Shown here in pieces: positions 17,937 to 26,918 of a stretch of 64,000 bases of DNA (position 1 is its first letter; each line of letters begins with the position of its first letter). The stretch is from Aquificaceae bacterium. GTDB lineage: Bacteria; Aquificota; Aquificia; Aquificales; Aquificaceae. The notes beneath the pieces are model-generated. The model searched no databases. It worked only from the letters and a program-made list of their open reading frames with translations, and was not told where the DNA came from. Where the stretch lies: contig JAXSNR010000002.1 of the NCBI GenBank assembly GCA_037925075.1, forward strand, positions 448,001 through 512,000, written 5' to 3'. Position numbers and translations under genes: made by a program.

Positions 17937-19323
17937 TGTACTCCGTTGGGTCTAATGGAACTCCTTCCTTGTTTCTCAGTTCAAACCTCAAGGTGCACTC
18001 TTCGGAGTTGTTCTTTTTGCCAACTTTGGCTATGACCTGTCCCTTGCTTACCCTATCTCCTCTTTTGACAAGGTTTGCCTCATTGTAGGCATAAAGGGAT
18101 ATAAAGCTGTCGTGTTCTACTATGACCATGTTTCCGTAAGCTTGTAGGTCACCTCCGCTGTATATAACCCTTCCATCCTCTACAGCCTTCACCGGTGATG
18201 AGCAGGGGGCTAAGATCTCTATACCTTTGGGTACCTTTGACACTTTGCCATCAACGGGTAGCTGTATGTTTAAAGCTTTTGGTGCGGATGTGTTTGGCGT
18301 CTCTGGTTCTGTCAGCAAAGCCCTCTCTTCTCTTCTACTGACCTGTTTTTCCTTTTCCTGTGCTGGCTTTTCTGCGACCGTAGCTTCCCTTCTGGGTAGC
18401 TTTACCTTTGCTCCTGCCTTTAGGAGCTTGCCCTTTAGCTCTGGGTTTAGCCTTTCCAATTCTCTAAGTGGTACACCTGTAGCTTTAGCCACATCTTTTA
18501 ATGTTCCACCTCTTTTGATTTTGTATACCTCATAGGATTCTTCTTTTCTTTTCTTTTCCTCAGCCCTTTCCGTATCTTTGGCAGGCACTTTTACCTTTGT
18601 TCCTGCAGGAAGCCATTTACCTTTTAGTTCTGGATTTAGTCTTTCCAATTCATTAAGGGGTACGCCGGTTGCCTTTGCCACATGCTCAAGCTTGGCACCT
18701 CTTTTGATAGTGTATAGCTCGTATTTTTCTTCTACTTTTCTTCTTTCTTCTGCTTTTATGCTATCCTTTGGTATCTTTACCTCTGTCCCGGGCTTTAGCC
18801 ATTTTTTCTTTAACTCTGGATTTAAGCTTTCTAATTCCTTTAGGGGAACGCCGGTTGCCTTTGAAACATCCTCCAGCCTTCCGCCTCTTTTGACGGTGTA
18901 AAGTTCATATTTGCTAACTTTGACATCGGTGCCCTTTGAAGGTGCACTAACTTTTGCAGGGATCTTTAGCTTTTGACCCTCTGTTAACTTATCCCCCTTT
19001 AAATTGTTAATCTCTTTGAGACTTTCCACATCAACACCAAAGCCTTCCGCTATCTTTTGGAGAGTATCACCCTTCTTTACTTCATAAAGGGCATATCTAT
19101 TTGTTTCCTTCTTTGAACTTCTAACGGGTATGCAAAGGCTTTGACCTACTTTTAGTCTTTTGTCATCAATACCCTTATTGGCAGATTTAAGGCTCTTTAG
19201 GTCAATGCCTTCTTTTTTGGCTATTTTCTCAAGGGTGTCTCCTTCCTTCACCCTGTAGTTTTTACATTCCAAGGCAAAGGAAAGGCTAAGACTAATACCT
19301 AACAGTAAAATCCCTTTCTTCAT
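17920..19323 (-). CDS. Exported protein with five LysM domains and a C-terminal degenerate M23/LytM domain (NlpD-like)
   Basis: Signal peptide MKKGILLL; LysM YxVKxGDTL motifs; three internal ~62-aa repeats; YGNMVIVEH, VKRGDRVSKGQVI. Confidence 0.88.
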   Translation of the reverse strand: MKKGILLLGISLSLSFALECKNYRVKEGDTLEKIAKKEGIDLKSLKSANKGIDDKRLKVGQSLCIPVRSSKKETNRYALYEVKKGDTLQKIAEGFGVDVESLKEINNLKGDKLTEGQKLKIPAKVSAPSKGTDVKVSKYELYTVKRGGRLEDVSKATGVPLKELESLNPELKKKWLKPGTEVKIPKDSIKAEERRKVEEKYELYTIKRGAKLEHVAKATGVPLNELERLNPELKGKWLPAGTKVKVPAKDTERAEEKKRKEESYEVYKIKRGGTLKDVAKATGVPLRELERLNPELKGKLLKAGAKVKLPRREATVAEKPAQEKEKQVSRREERALLTEPETPNTSAPKALNIQLPVDGKVSKVPKGIEILAPCSSPVKAVEDGRVIYSGGDLQAYGNMVIVEHDSFISLYAYNEANLVKRGDRVSKGQVIAKVGKKNNSEECTLRFELRNKEGVPLDPTEYIKDLH

Positions 19324-19564
19324 TGCTTGGCACCTCCTTGAGGACCTCCATACGGTCAACTCTTGCCGCGGGAGGACCCTCCCAAAGTCCCTTCAAAAAC
19401 TCCCAGACCACATCCTTGTCTCCTTGAACAAAGACCTCAACCCTTCCGTCGGGCAGGTTCTTAACCCATCCAGAAAGTCCGTAGCTCTGAGCGAGCCTTT
19501 TTGTAAAAGCCCTGTAGCCCACACCTTGCACTATACCGCTTATGTATATTCTCAGAGCTATCAC
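19292..19564 (-). CDS. acyP: Acylphosphatase
   Basis: GIVQGVGYR, GWVKNLPDGRVE, GPPAARV. Confidence 0.93.
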   Translation of the reverse strand: MIALRIYISGIVQGVGYRAFTKRLAQSYGLSGWVKNLPDGRVEVFVQGDKDVVWEFLKGLWEGPPAARVDRMEVLKEVPSNEERDFTVRY

Positions 19565-19654
19565 CTATAGAATTTTAACATCAAAAAACTGGGTTGAAAA
19601 GTTAAGATGATTTATGATATCATTAAAAAGCCACAGTCCACAGGAGGTGTTTCC

Positions 19655-20074
19655 ATGAAAATAGCCATACTTACAGCTTTGCTGTTCTCTTTTGCCCTTG
19701 CTCAGGAGTGTGAGGTTCAGGAGGGCTACGCGAGCTGGTATGGCGGAAAGTTTCATGGTAGAAAAACAAGCTCAGGAGAGGTCTTTAACAAGTACAAATT
19801 TACAGCAGCATCAAGGGACTTTCCCCTTGGAACTTATCTACTGGTGAGAAACCTACAAACAGGAAAGGATGTGGTTGTGGTGGTCACAGACAGGGGGCCA
19901 GCCATAAAAAGCAGGATAATAGACCTTTCAAGGGCAGCAGCTGAGAAGATAGGAATGTTAAGGCAAGGCGTGGCTAAGGTCCAGATAATGCCCCTATATT
20001 GTGCGGTAAAGGGTGATGAGCTAGGTGAAGAGCTTCATGAGGAGGTTATAAAGGACCTTCTCAACACCCTATAA
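19655..20074 (+). CDS. rlpA: RlpA-like septal lytic transglycosylase (DPBB domain)
   Basis: GYASWYG.KFHGRKT, DRGP, IIDLSRAAA. Confidence 0.9.
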   Translation: MKIAILTALLFSFALAQECEVQEGYASWYGGKFHGRKTSSGEVFNKYKFTAASRDFPLGTYLLVRNLQTGKDVVVVVTDRGPAIKSRIIDLSRAAAEKIGMLRQGVAKVQIMPLYCAVKGDELGEELHEEVIKDLLNTL

Positions 20075-20870
20075 GACTTCTGTTTGCCACAAGTGTCCCG
20101 CATCCTCCAAGCGGGTCTTTTCTGAACCTGTTTGAAAGTGTGACCCTTATACCGTAGGATCTCAAAAGTAGAAAGGCTTTCTCATATTCCCAGTCTCCTA
20201 CGTCCCGAAAGTCTTCTACTGTTTGGTTATACCGCAAGAGGGTTGCGTTAACACCCAGTGATTTTACCAACTCCGCAAAGCTTCTCAGGTCTTCTTCCGT
20301 GTCGTTTACACCCTTGAGGAGTAAATAGGCAAGGCTTACCTTCCTTCTTTTTCTAAGGGGCATGTGGGAAAGCTTTTCTCGTAGAACTTCTACGAGCTTT
20401 TTCAGGCTTCCTGCGTAGGGAAGTAGCCTCTTTCTTGTGTCTTCTCTTAGAGAATGCACCGATATACTAACTCCCTTGTGAGGGAGGTCTAAAAGCTCCC
20501 CGAGCCTTTTAACTGGATATCCTGTGGTGTAAAAGCTCACTCTGAGCCCTAAGCTCTTAAAATGCCAAAAGGCTTCCTTTACCGCTTCCCAGTTCATCAA
20601 TGGCTCACCTATACCTGCAAAGGCTATGCCCCTTATTTCAAGCCTGTCTTTTACAAGCTCGTACTGCCCCTTTATCTCCTCAGCAGAGAGGTTTCTTAAA
20701 AGGCCCTCTTTGCCCGAAAGGCAGAAGGGACAGCCTATGGCACAGCCCGCTTGGGTGGATAAGCATAGGGTATCCCCTCTGTAGTAGACTGCCTCAACCC
20801 TCTTACCATCGCGAAGTTCAAAGAGAAAAAGCCTGTTAAGGCTACTGTTCAATTCTTGCAAGAGTTTCAT
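20061..20870 (-). CDS. RlmN/Cfr-family radical SAM methyltransferase, short paralogue
   Basis: TLCLSTQAGCAIGCPFC, AGIGEPL, GVND, GGCGTL; start reassigned to ATG 20870. Confidence 0.8.
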   Translation of the reverse strand: MKLLQELNSSLNRLFLFELRDGKRVEAVYYRGDTLCLSTQAGCAIGCPFCLSGKEGLLRNLSAEEIKGQYELVKDRLEIRGIAFAGIGEPLMNWEAVKEAFWHFKSLGLRVSFYTTGYPVKRLGELLDLPHKGVSISVHSLREDTRKRLLPYAGSLKKLVEVLREKLSHMPLRKRRKVSLAYLLLKGVNDTEEDLRSFAELVKSLGVNATLLRYNQTVEDFRDVGDWEYEKAFLLLRSYGIRVTLSNRFRKDPLGGCGTLVANRSLIGC

Positions 20871-21711
20871 CTTCCACAAAAGCCCTTCTACAACAATCCC
20901 CGCAGGCTTCACAATGCTTGAGAGCCCTTTCGTAGCCTTCTGGAAGTACATCTTTGAGGTCTATCTCTCTCTTTGATTCTTCAGTAGCAAGGCTTATCTT
21001 CCAGCCTATGGGATCCACTTGCAAAACCTTGTAAACTTTGCCCTCGTAGCAAAGCTCGCTCCCAACCTCAGGAAGTATGGATTTTATAAGGTAGTTGCCC
21101 CTTTCAAAGACCAGACAGCACATGAGCCTCCCGCATGGACCCGTAAACTTTTGAGGTGATAGAGGTAGGTTTTGCTCCTCTATATCACGTAGAGATACGG
21201 ATTGAAACTCTTCCTGAAACCTTATACAACAGGGTATATCTCCACAGGCACCCACCCACCCGAGCATTTGCACAGCATCCCTGACCCCCACCTGCCTCAT
21301 CTCTATTCTCTTCTTAAATACCTTTGCAAGGTCCTTTACCAGGTTTCTAAAGTCCACTCTGTGCTCGGAAGTATAGTAGAAGAAGATCCTACTTCTGTCC
21401 AAGGGTATGTAAGTTTTTATGAGCTTCATATCAAGCCCGTGTTCTAATATCTTTTTCTTGCATAGCTCCATAGCTTCTTTGGCTTTTTCCTCGTTTTCCA
21501 TCATCTTTTGTATGTCTTCCTTTTTTGCCCTCCTGAGGAATATGGCTTTGTGAGAGGAGGGTTCTTTCGAGGTGCCGAGCACCTTTACCACTTCCTCCCC
21601 TTTTTCCGATTGAACTACAAGAAGCTCGCCCTTAGATACATCCCTTTCCCATACGCCTTCAACCTGAAACACCTTGTTGGTGTCCTGAAACTTTGCCTTT
21701 ATGTAAGACAT
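20842..21711 (-). CDS. ricT: PSP1-domain protein (RicT/YaaT family)
   Basis: RVDFRNLVKDLA..RIEMRQVGVRD, CG..CC, GPCGRLMCCL; follows holB. Confidence 0.88.
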   Translation of the reverse strand: MSYIKAKFQDTNKVFQVEGVWERDVSKGELLVVQSEKGEEVVKVLGTSKEPSSHKAIFLRRAKKEDIQKMMENEEKAKEAMELCKKKILEHGLDMKLIKTYIPLDRSRIFFYYTSEHRVDFRNLVKDLAKVFKKRIEMRQVGVRDAVQMLGWVGACGDIPCCIRFQEEFQSVSLRDIEEQNLPLSPQKFTGPCGRLMCCLVFERGNYLIKSILPEVGSELCYEGKVYKVLQVDPIGWKISLATEESKREIDLKDVLPEGYERALKHCEACGDCCRRAFVEDETLARIEQ

Positions 21712-22630
21712 TCTTTTCACCTCCTCTTAGCTGAAAGAGTAAAAGACTTAGCCTTATACCCTTGCTTAAATATTCTAACCCTGCGGACGCTTTGTCAAGA
21801 GCTTGCTGGTAAACCTCTTCCCTTGTTTCCAAATACCTTTTGTGAAGCAAGCTGATGATAATTTTTAAAAGTAAAGCCTGTCTCTCATAATCCCACTTTT
21901 CCACCTCAAGAGCCTTCTTATAAAGGGTAAGCACATCTCCCTCAAGCACAGCCTTTGCACTGCTTAGGAGTTCCTTATCCTCTTTTAGCTTAAGAGCCAT
22001 GTTAAGACTGCCCTCGGAGAGCTCAAGGATCAGAGGGTCTTGTATGCCTGTTTTTTCCCTTAACTCCTCCTTGCTTAGCGGAGGGACTTCAAGTAAAAAG
22101 CTCCGAGATCTTACGGTGGGCAAAAGCTTCTGAAGTCTATGGGCAACCAAGAGAAAATGCGTGTCTTCCGGTGGCTCCTCAAGGACCTTTAGCAGGGCGT
22201 TTTGTGCCTGTGGGTTCATGGTGTCCGCAGGCTCTATCAGGACTACCTTCCTTTTGGAAAGGACAGGTCTTAGGTATACAAAGTCCTTAACCCCCCTTAT
22301 CTGGTCAATCTTTATCTCAGCCTTTTCTGGTTTTAGGTACACAAAATCCGGATGGTCTCCTTGAAGGTAGAGGTAGACCTTCTTACCCCTTTTGTCCTCC
22401 CCATAGAAATAAAGCTCTTCTTCTTTTTTCTGCCTAAAGTCCTGCATGTGAAGACACGAGGGACACCCTCCACAAGGTGGGTACATCTCCTGCAAGCACA
22501 ATATGGCCGTTGCAAACTCAAAGGCTAAATCCTTCTTTCCTACCCCCTCCTTTCCGTACAGAAGAAGCGAAGCGGGCAACTTTTTTTGGTGGAAGAGCCT
22601 GCTTAGGAACCTTTTGAGCCTTTCCCTCAT
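21659..22630 (-). CDS. holB: DNA polymerase III delta' subunit
   Basis: GKEGVGK, PCGGCPSC, HPD, IKIDQIR, QNALLKVLEEPP, TVRSR. Confidence 0.9.
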   Translation of the reverse strand: MRERLKRFLSRLFHQKKLPASLLLYGKEGVGKKDLAFEFATAILCLQEMYPPCGGCPSCLHMQDFRQKKEEELYFYGEDKRGKKVYLYLQGDHPDFVYLKPEKAEIKIDQIRGVKDFVYLRPVLSKRKVVLIEPADTMNPQAQNALLKVLEEPPEDTHFLLVAHRLQKLLPTVRSRSFLLEVPPLSKEELREKTGIQDPLILELSEGSLNMALKLKEDKELLSSAKAVLEGDVLTLYKKALEVEKWDYERQALLLKIIISLLHKRYLETREEVYQQALDKASAGLEYLSKGIRLSLLLFQLRGGEKNVLHKGKVSGHQQGVSG

Positions 22631-23961
22631 ATCATAAGCTCTTCTACAAACCTTATGTGATGTTTCCCTTGCTGGAATTCTCTGTTGGAGAGTACCCTTT
22701 TGTGGAAATCTATGTTTGTCTTTAGGCCACTACCCCATATTTTGAACTCTTCAAGGGCTCTCATGGACCTTTTTATGGCTTCTTCCCTTGTTTGCCCCCA
22801 GCATATGAGCTTGGCAATCAGAGAGTCATAAAAGGGTGGGATGGAATATCCACAGTAGAGGTGGGTGTCCACCCTAACGCCGTAGCCCCCAGGAAGATAG
22901 AGACCTTCCACCTTCCCGGGTGATGGAAGGAAGGTGTTTGAGTCTTCCGCGTTTATCCTAAACTCTATGGCATAGCCTCTTCCCACGGGCTTTTTTATTT
23001 TTAGCCTTTCACCCCTTGCTATCCTTATCTGCCACTCCACTAAGTCTATGCCATAGACCATCTCTGTGACGGGATGCTCCACCTGTATGCGTCCGTTCAT
23101 CTCCATAAAGTAGAAGTTTCCCTCTTGGTCCATGAGAAACTCCACCGTGCCCGCACCCTCGTAGCCTATTTCCCTGCAAAAGTCTGCAACAAGGGCTTCC
23201 ATCTCCTTCCTTTTTTCCTCTGTAAGGGAAGAGCTTGGAGCCTCTTCTATGAGTTTTTGGTGCCTTCTTTGTATGGAGCATTCTCTTTCTCCTAGGGTAA
23301 GCACATTGCCATATTTGTCCGCCAGAACCTGAATCTCTATGTGCTTTGGGTTTATAAGGTACTTCTCAATGTAGAGCCTTCCATCTCCAAAGGCTACCTC
23401 CGCCTCCTGCATGGCTAAAGGTAGCTTTTCTCTTAGCTCCTTGTCGTTGTTTATAACCCTTATGCCTCTTCCTCCCCCACCCGCCGCCGCCTTTATGACC
23501 ACAGGGTAGCCCACCTTACTTGCCACCTCCAAAGCCTTCTGAAAGTCCACAGGACCATCACTACCTGGCACAAGGGGAAGCCCTACCTTTTTTGCCACCT
23601 CCTTTGCCTTTACCTTATCTCCTATAAGCTCAAGGGTCTCTGCGGAGGGACCTACGAAGACCTTACCGCTTGCCCTCACTATTTCCGCAAACTTTGGATT
23701 TTCTGACAAAAAGCCATATCCCGGATGGACCGCATCCGCATCTGAAACCTCAAGGGCGGACATGATTCTGGGTGTATCCAAGTAGCTCTTTGAAGGTTCT
23801 GGTGGTCCTATGCATATGCTTTTATCCGCAAGTTTTACATGCATGCTGTTGGAGTCTGCCTCGGAATAAACCGCAACAGTCCTTATACCCATCTCCTTGG
23901 CGGTTCTTATGATACGGACCGCTATCTCACCCCTGTTGGCTATAAGAAGGCTTTGCATCAA
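22627..23961 (-). CDS. accC: Biotin carboxylase
   Basis: IANRGEIAVR, HPGYGFLSEN, ERECSIQRRHQK, EMNGRIQVEHPVTE; the partner carboxylase cannot be fixed from sequence alone. Confidence 0.9.
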   Translation of the reverse strand: MMQSLLIANRGEIAVRIIRTAKEMGIRTVAVYSEADSNSMHVKLADKSICIGPPEPSKSYLDTPRIMSALEVSDADAVHPGYGFLSENPKFAEIVRASGKVFVGPSAETLELIGDKVKAKEVAKKVGLPLVPGSDGPVDFQKALEVASKVGYPVVIKAAAGGGGRGIRVINNDKELREKLPLAMQEAEVAFGDGRLYIEKYLINPKHIEIQVLADKYGNVLTLGERECSIQRRHQKLIEEAPSSSLTEEKRKEMEALVADFCREIGYEGAGTVEFLMDQEGNFYFMEMNGRIQVEHPVTEMVYGIDLVEWQIRIARGERLKIKKPVGRGYAIEFRINAEDSNTFLPSPGKVEGLYLPGGYGVRVDTHLYCGYSIPPFYDSLIAKLICWGQTREEAIKRSMRALEEFKIWGSGLKTNIDFHKRVLSNREFQQGKHHIRFVEELMI

Positions 23962-23996
23962 GACTATTTTACACGCAAAGACTTTAAAATTTTCCC

Positions 23997-24569
23997 ATGC
24001 CCGGCAAAATAGTCCTTTGTATCACCGGTGCAAGCGGTGTCATATACGGCTACAGACTTTTGCAGGTGCTAAGCTCTATGGGCTTTGATATAGACCTCAT
24101 AGTTTCCTCCTCGGGATGGGTGGTCCTAAAGCAGGAGCTTGACCTAACAAAGGAAAAAATCCTTGAAGAGTTTCCACAGATAAGGCTTATTCCAGAAAAG
24201 GATATGGCAAACCCGGTCGCAAGTGGTTCAAGGCTTGTCTTCTACCGAGGCGTGGTGGTGGCACCCTGTTCTATGAGCAGTCTTGCCCATGTGGCTTCTG
24301 GTACAAACCAAAACTTGATACATCGGGTATGCGAAGTTGCCCTAAAGGAGAAGGTGCCACTTCTTCTGTTGGTGCGAGAAGCTCCCTACTCTTTGGTTCA
24401 TCTCAAAAACATGCTAAAGGTTTCTCAGGCGGGTGCAACGGTCATGCCCGCAAGCCCGGGCTTTTATCACAGACCACAGAGTCTTCAGGACCTTGTGGAT
24501 TTTGTGGTAGGAAAGGTGCTGGACAGTCTTAGGATTGAACATAACCTCTACAGAAGGTGGAGGGAATAG
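23997..24569 (+). CDS. ubiX: Flavin prenyltransferase
   Basis: [29 protein letters not shown]. Confidence 0.93.
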   Translation: MPGKIVLCITGASGVIYGYRLLQVLSSMGFDIDLIVSSSGWVVLKQELDLTKEKILEEFPQIRLIPEKDMANPVASGSRLVFYRGVVVAPCSMSSLAHVASGTNQNLIHRVCEVALKEKVPLLLLVREAPYSLVHLKNMLKVSQAGATVMPASPGFYHRPQSLQDLVDFVVGKVLDSLRIEHNLYRRWRE

Positions 24570-24570
24570 C

Positions 24571-26094
24571 ATGAAGATTGTAAAAGCCCATCAGATGAGG
24601 GAAATAGACAGAAGAGCCATAGAGGAGATGGGTATTCCTTCCCTTTTGCTTATGGAAAAGGCGGGGCTCTCGGTGGTGGAGGTCATAAGAAGGGAGTTTC
24701 CAAGTGCCAAAAGGGTTTTGGTGGTCGCCGGCAAGGGCAACAATGGGGGCGATGGGCTTGTGGTGGCAAGGCACCTTTATTTACTTGGCTACAAGGTCTC
24801 TTATGTGCTTGCCCTTGGCGAGGAGCTAAAGGGGGATGCTAAGGTACAGCTTGAGATCCTTAGAAAGCTAGGACTTGAGCCTGCCAGAGAGGTGGACTTT
24901 TCTGAGTATGACCTTGTGGTGGATGCCCTTTTTGGCACGGGTTTTGAACCACCCGTTAGTGGTGAGGCGGTAAGGTGGATAGGTCTTATAAACAAAAGCG
25001 GTCTGCCAGTGGTGTGTGTGGACCTTCCTTCGGGGCTTTCTGCGGACAGTTCAAGGGAGTATGAACCTTCGGTAAAGGGGACCCTCACCGTAAGCTTTCA
25101 GTTCCCAAAGCCTTGTCATCTTTTGCACCCTTCTAACCTTCGCTGTGGGAAGCTCTATGTGGCAAACATCGGCATACCTCAATGGCTCGCAAAGGATGTA
25201 AATACGGAGCTGATCACAAGGGTGGAGCTTCCTAAAAGGCCTGCCTATGCCCACAAGGGTCTTATGGGGCATGTGCTTTTGGTGGGTGGTAGCACGGGCA
25301 AGACGGGTGCCCTCATCATGAGTGCAAAAGCTTCCACGAGGGCGGGTGCTGGGCTTGTGAGCGTAGGAGTGCCACAGGACCTAAACCAAATCTTTGAGAC
25401 AAGCCTTGTGGAGGAGATGAGCATACCTTTAAAAGGTCTTGGTAGGCTTTCTGTTGAGTCCGCAAGACAGGTGGTTGAACTTCAGGATAGGTTTTCCGCC
25501 ATAGGTGTGGGTATGGGGATGGACAGGTACGAGGAGGGAAAGCAAGTAATAAGGGAGATCCTGCTTGGAATAAAAAAACCACTTCTCTTGGATGCGGACG
25601 GGCTCAACAACCTTGCGGACTTGGGAGTGGACCTGCTAAGAGAAAGGGAAGGCTTAACTCTTCTTACTCCTCATGTGGGTGAGTTTCAGAGGCTTACTGG
25701 GCTTGAGAAGGAGTACATCTTGGAAAACTTCTTGGAGGTCGCCCGGGAGTTTGCGGTCAGGTACGGTTGCTATCTGGTGCTAAAGTCCTCAAGGACTGTG
25801 ATAGCGACTCCAGAGGGAAGGGTCTTTCTTTCTACGAGGGGCACGCCCGCCATGGCAAAGGGTGGTGTGGGAGATGTGCTTGCGGGCATCCTTACAGCCC
25901 TTATAGGTAGAGGCCTGCCTACAGAAGAAGCCCTAAAGCTGGGTGTTTTCTTGCACGGTCTTGCAGGAGAGATAGCGGAAAGCAAAAGGCACAGGGAAAG
26001 CGTCAGAGCCCTTGACCTTGTGGAAGAGCTTCCGCAAGCCTATAATCTAATAGAGAATGAAGCCTATAGCCCTACTTTTGCTTATATCCCTTAG
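24571..26094 (+). CDS. nnr: Bifunctional NAD(P)H-hydrate epimerase/dehydratase
   Basis: Yje[25 protein letters not shown]-domain [22 protein letters not shown]. Confidence 0.93.
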   Translation: MKIVKAHQMREIDRRAIEEMGIPSLLLMEKAGLSVVEVIRREFPSAKRVLVVAGKGNNGGDGLVVARHLYLLGYKVSYVLALGEELKGDAKVQLEILRKLGLEPAREVDFSEYDLVVDALFGTGFEPPVSGEAVRWIGLINKSGLPVVCVDLPSGLSADSSREYEPSVKGTLTVSFQFPKPCHLLHPSNLRCGKLYVANIGIPQWLAKDVNTELITRVELPKRPAYAHKGLMGHVLLVGGSTGKTGALIMSAKASTRAGAGLVSVGVPQDLNQIFETSLVEEMSIPLKGLGRLSVESARQVVELQDRFSAIGVGMGMDRYEEGKQVIREILLGIKKPLLLDADGLNNLADLGVDLLREREGLTLLTPHVGEFQRLTGLEKEYILENFLEVAREFAVRYGCYLVLKSSRTVIATPEGRVFLSTRGTPAMAKGGVGDVLAGILTALIGRGLPTEEALKLGVFLHGLAGEIAESKRHRESVRALDLVEELPQAYNLIENEAYSPTFAYIP

Positions 26095-26557
26095 TGGATG
26101 CGGGCTCATCCACATTGAGATAAGGGACAGAAAGCCTCAGGAAAAAAGAGTAGAAACACCAAAGGCTCAAGTTAGAACCGCTCCAACGGAGAAAAAAGAA
26201 GCACCGCGAGGTGAGGTTCTCAAGGTTAGCATGCCCGTAAAGGGCAAAATTACACGCAGTGAAAGGGGTTACTTTATTGGTACCTCTTGTGATGAGTTTT
26301 TTAGGTCTGTGAGCGACGGTAGGGTTTTGTATGCGGGTGATGACATAAGGAATATGGGTTGGGTGGTTATGGTGGAGGCAGAGGATGGTTATGTGTATGT
26401 GTATGCAAAGGCTGGCAGTTCCTTTGTAAAGAAGAGAGAAGCAGTAAGAAAAGGACAGCCCTTAGGTAAAGTGGGAAACTCTGGGGATGGGTGCGGTGTT
26501 CTTTTTGAGGTCAGAGACAAGGAGGGAAAGCCCGTAAGCTTTGAACTTGTGCTATAA
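26057..26557 (+). CDS. Lipoprotein with a degenerate M23/LytM domain
   Basis: Lipobox [27 protein letters not shown]; no Zn-binding His. Confidence 0.75.
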   Translation: MKPIALLLLISLSGCGLIHIEIRDRKPQEKRVETPKAQVRTAPTEKKEAPRGEVLKVSMPVKGKITRSERGYFIGTSCDEFFRSVSDGRVLYAGDDIRNMGWVVMVEAEDGYVYVYAKAGSSFVKKREAVRKGQPLGKVGNSGDGCGVLFEVRDKEGKPVSFELVL

Positions 26558-26566
26558 TAGGCTAAC

Positions 26567-26908
26567 ATGATAGATATAGCCTTCGCCCAGCAGACGGGAC
26601 ACGGTGCAAGTCCAGTGGGAGCTCTTCTCTTTCAGCTTATATTTTTCATAGCCCTTTTTGCCCTTTTTTACTTTCTACTTATAAGACCGCAGAGCAAGGC
26701 AAGGAAAAAACATCAGGAGTTTTTGGCAAACCTTAAAAAGGGTGACAGGGTCATAACCACGGGGGGTATATGGGGCACGGTGGTGGAGATAGGCGATGAA
26801 ACTGTAACCCTAAAGGTGGACGCCAACACGAGGATAACTTTTACAAAGGAAGCCATCTCCCACTACCAACCCAACTACAAAAGGGAAGACAAGGAAAAGG
26901 AAGACTAA
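26567..26908 (+). CDS. yajC: Preprotein translocase subunit YajC
   Basis: YFLLIRPQ, LKKGDRVITTGGIWG. Confidence 0.95.
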   Translation: MIDIAFAQQTGHGASPVGALLFQLIFFIALFALFYFLLIRPQSKARKKHQEFLANLKKGDRVITTGGIWGTVVEIGDETVTLKVDANTRITFTKEAISHYQPNYKREDKEKED

Positions 26909-26918
26909 ATTTTTCTCT

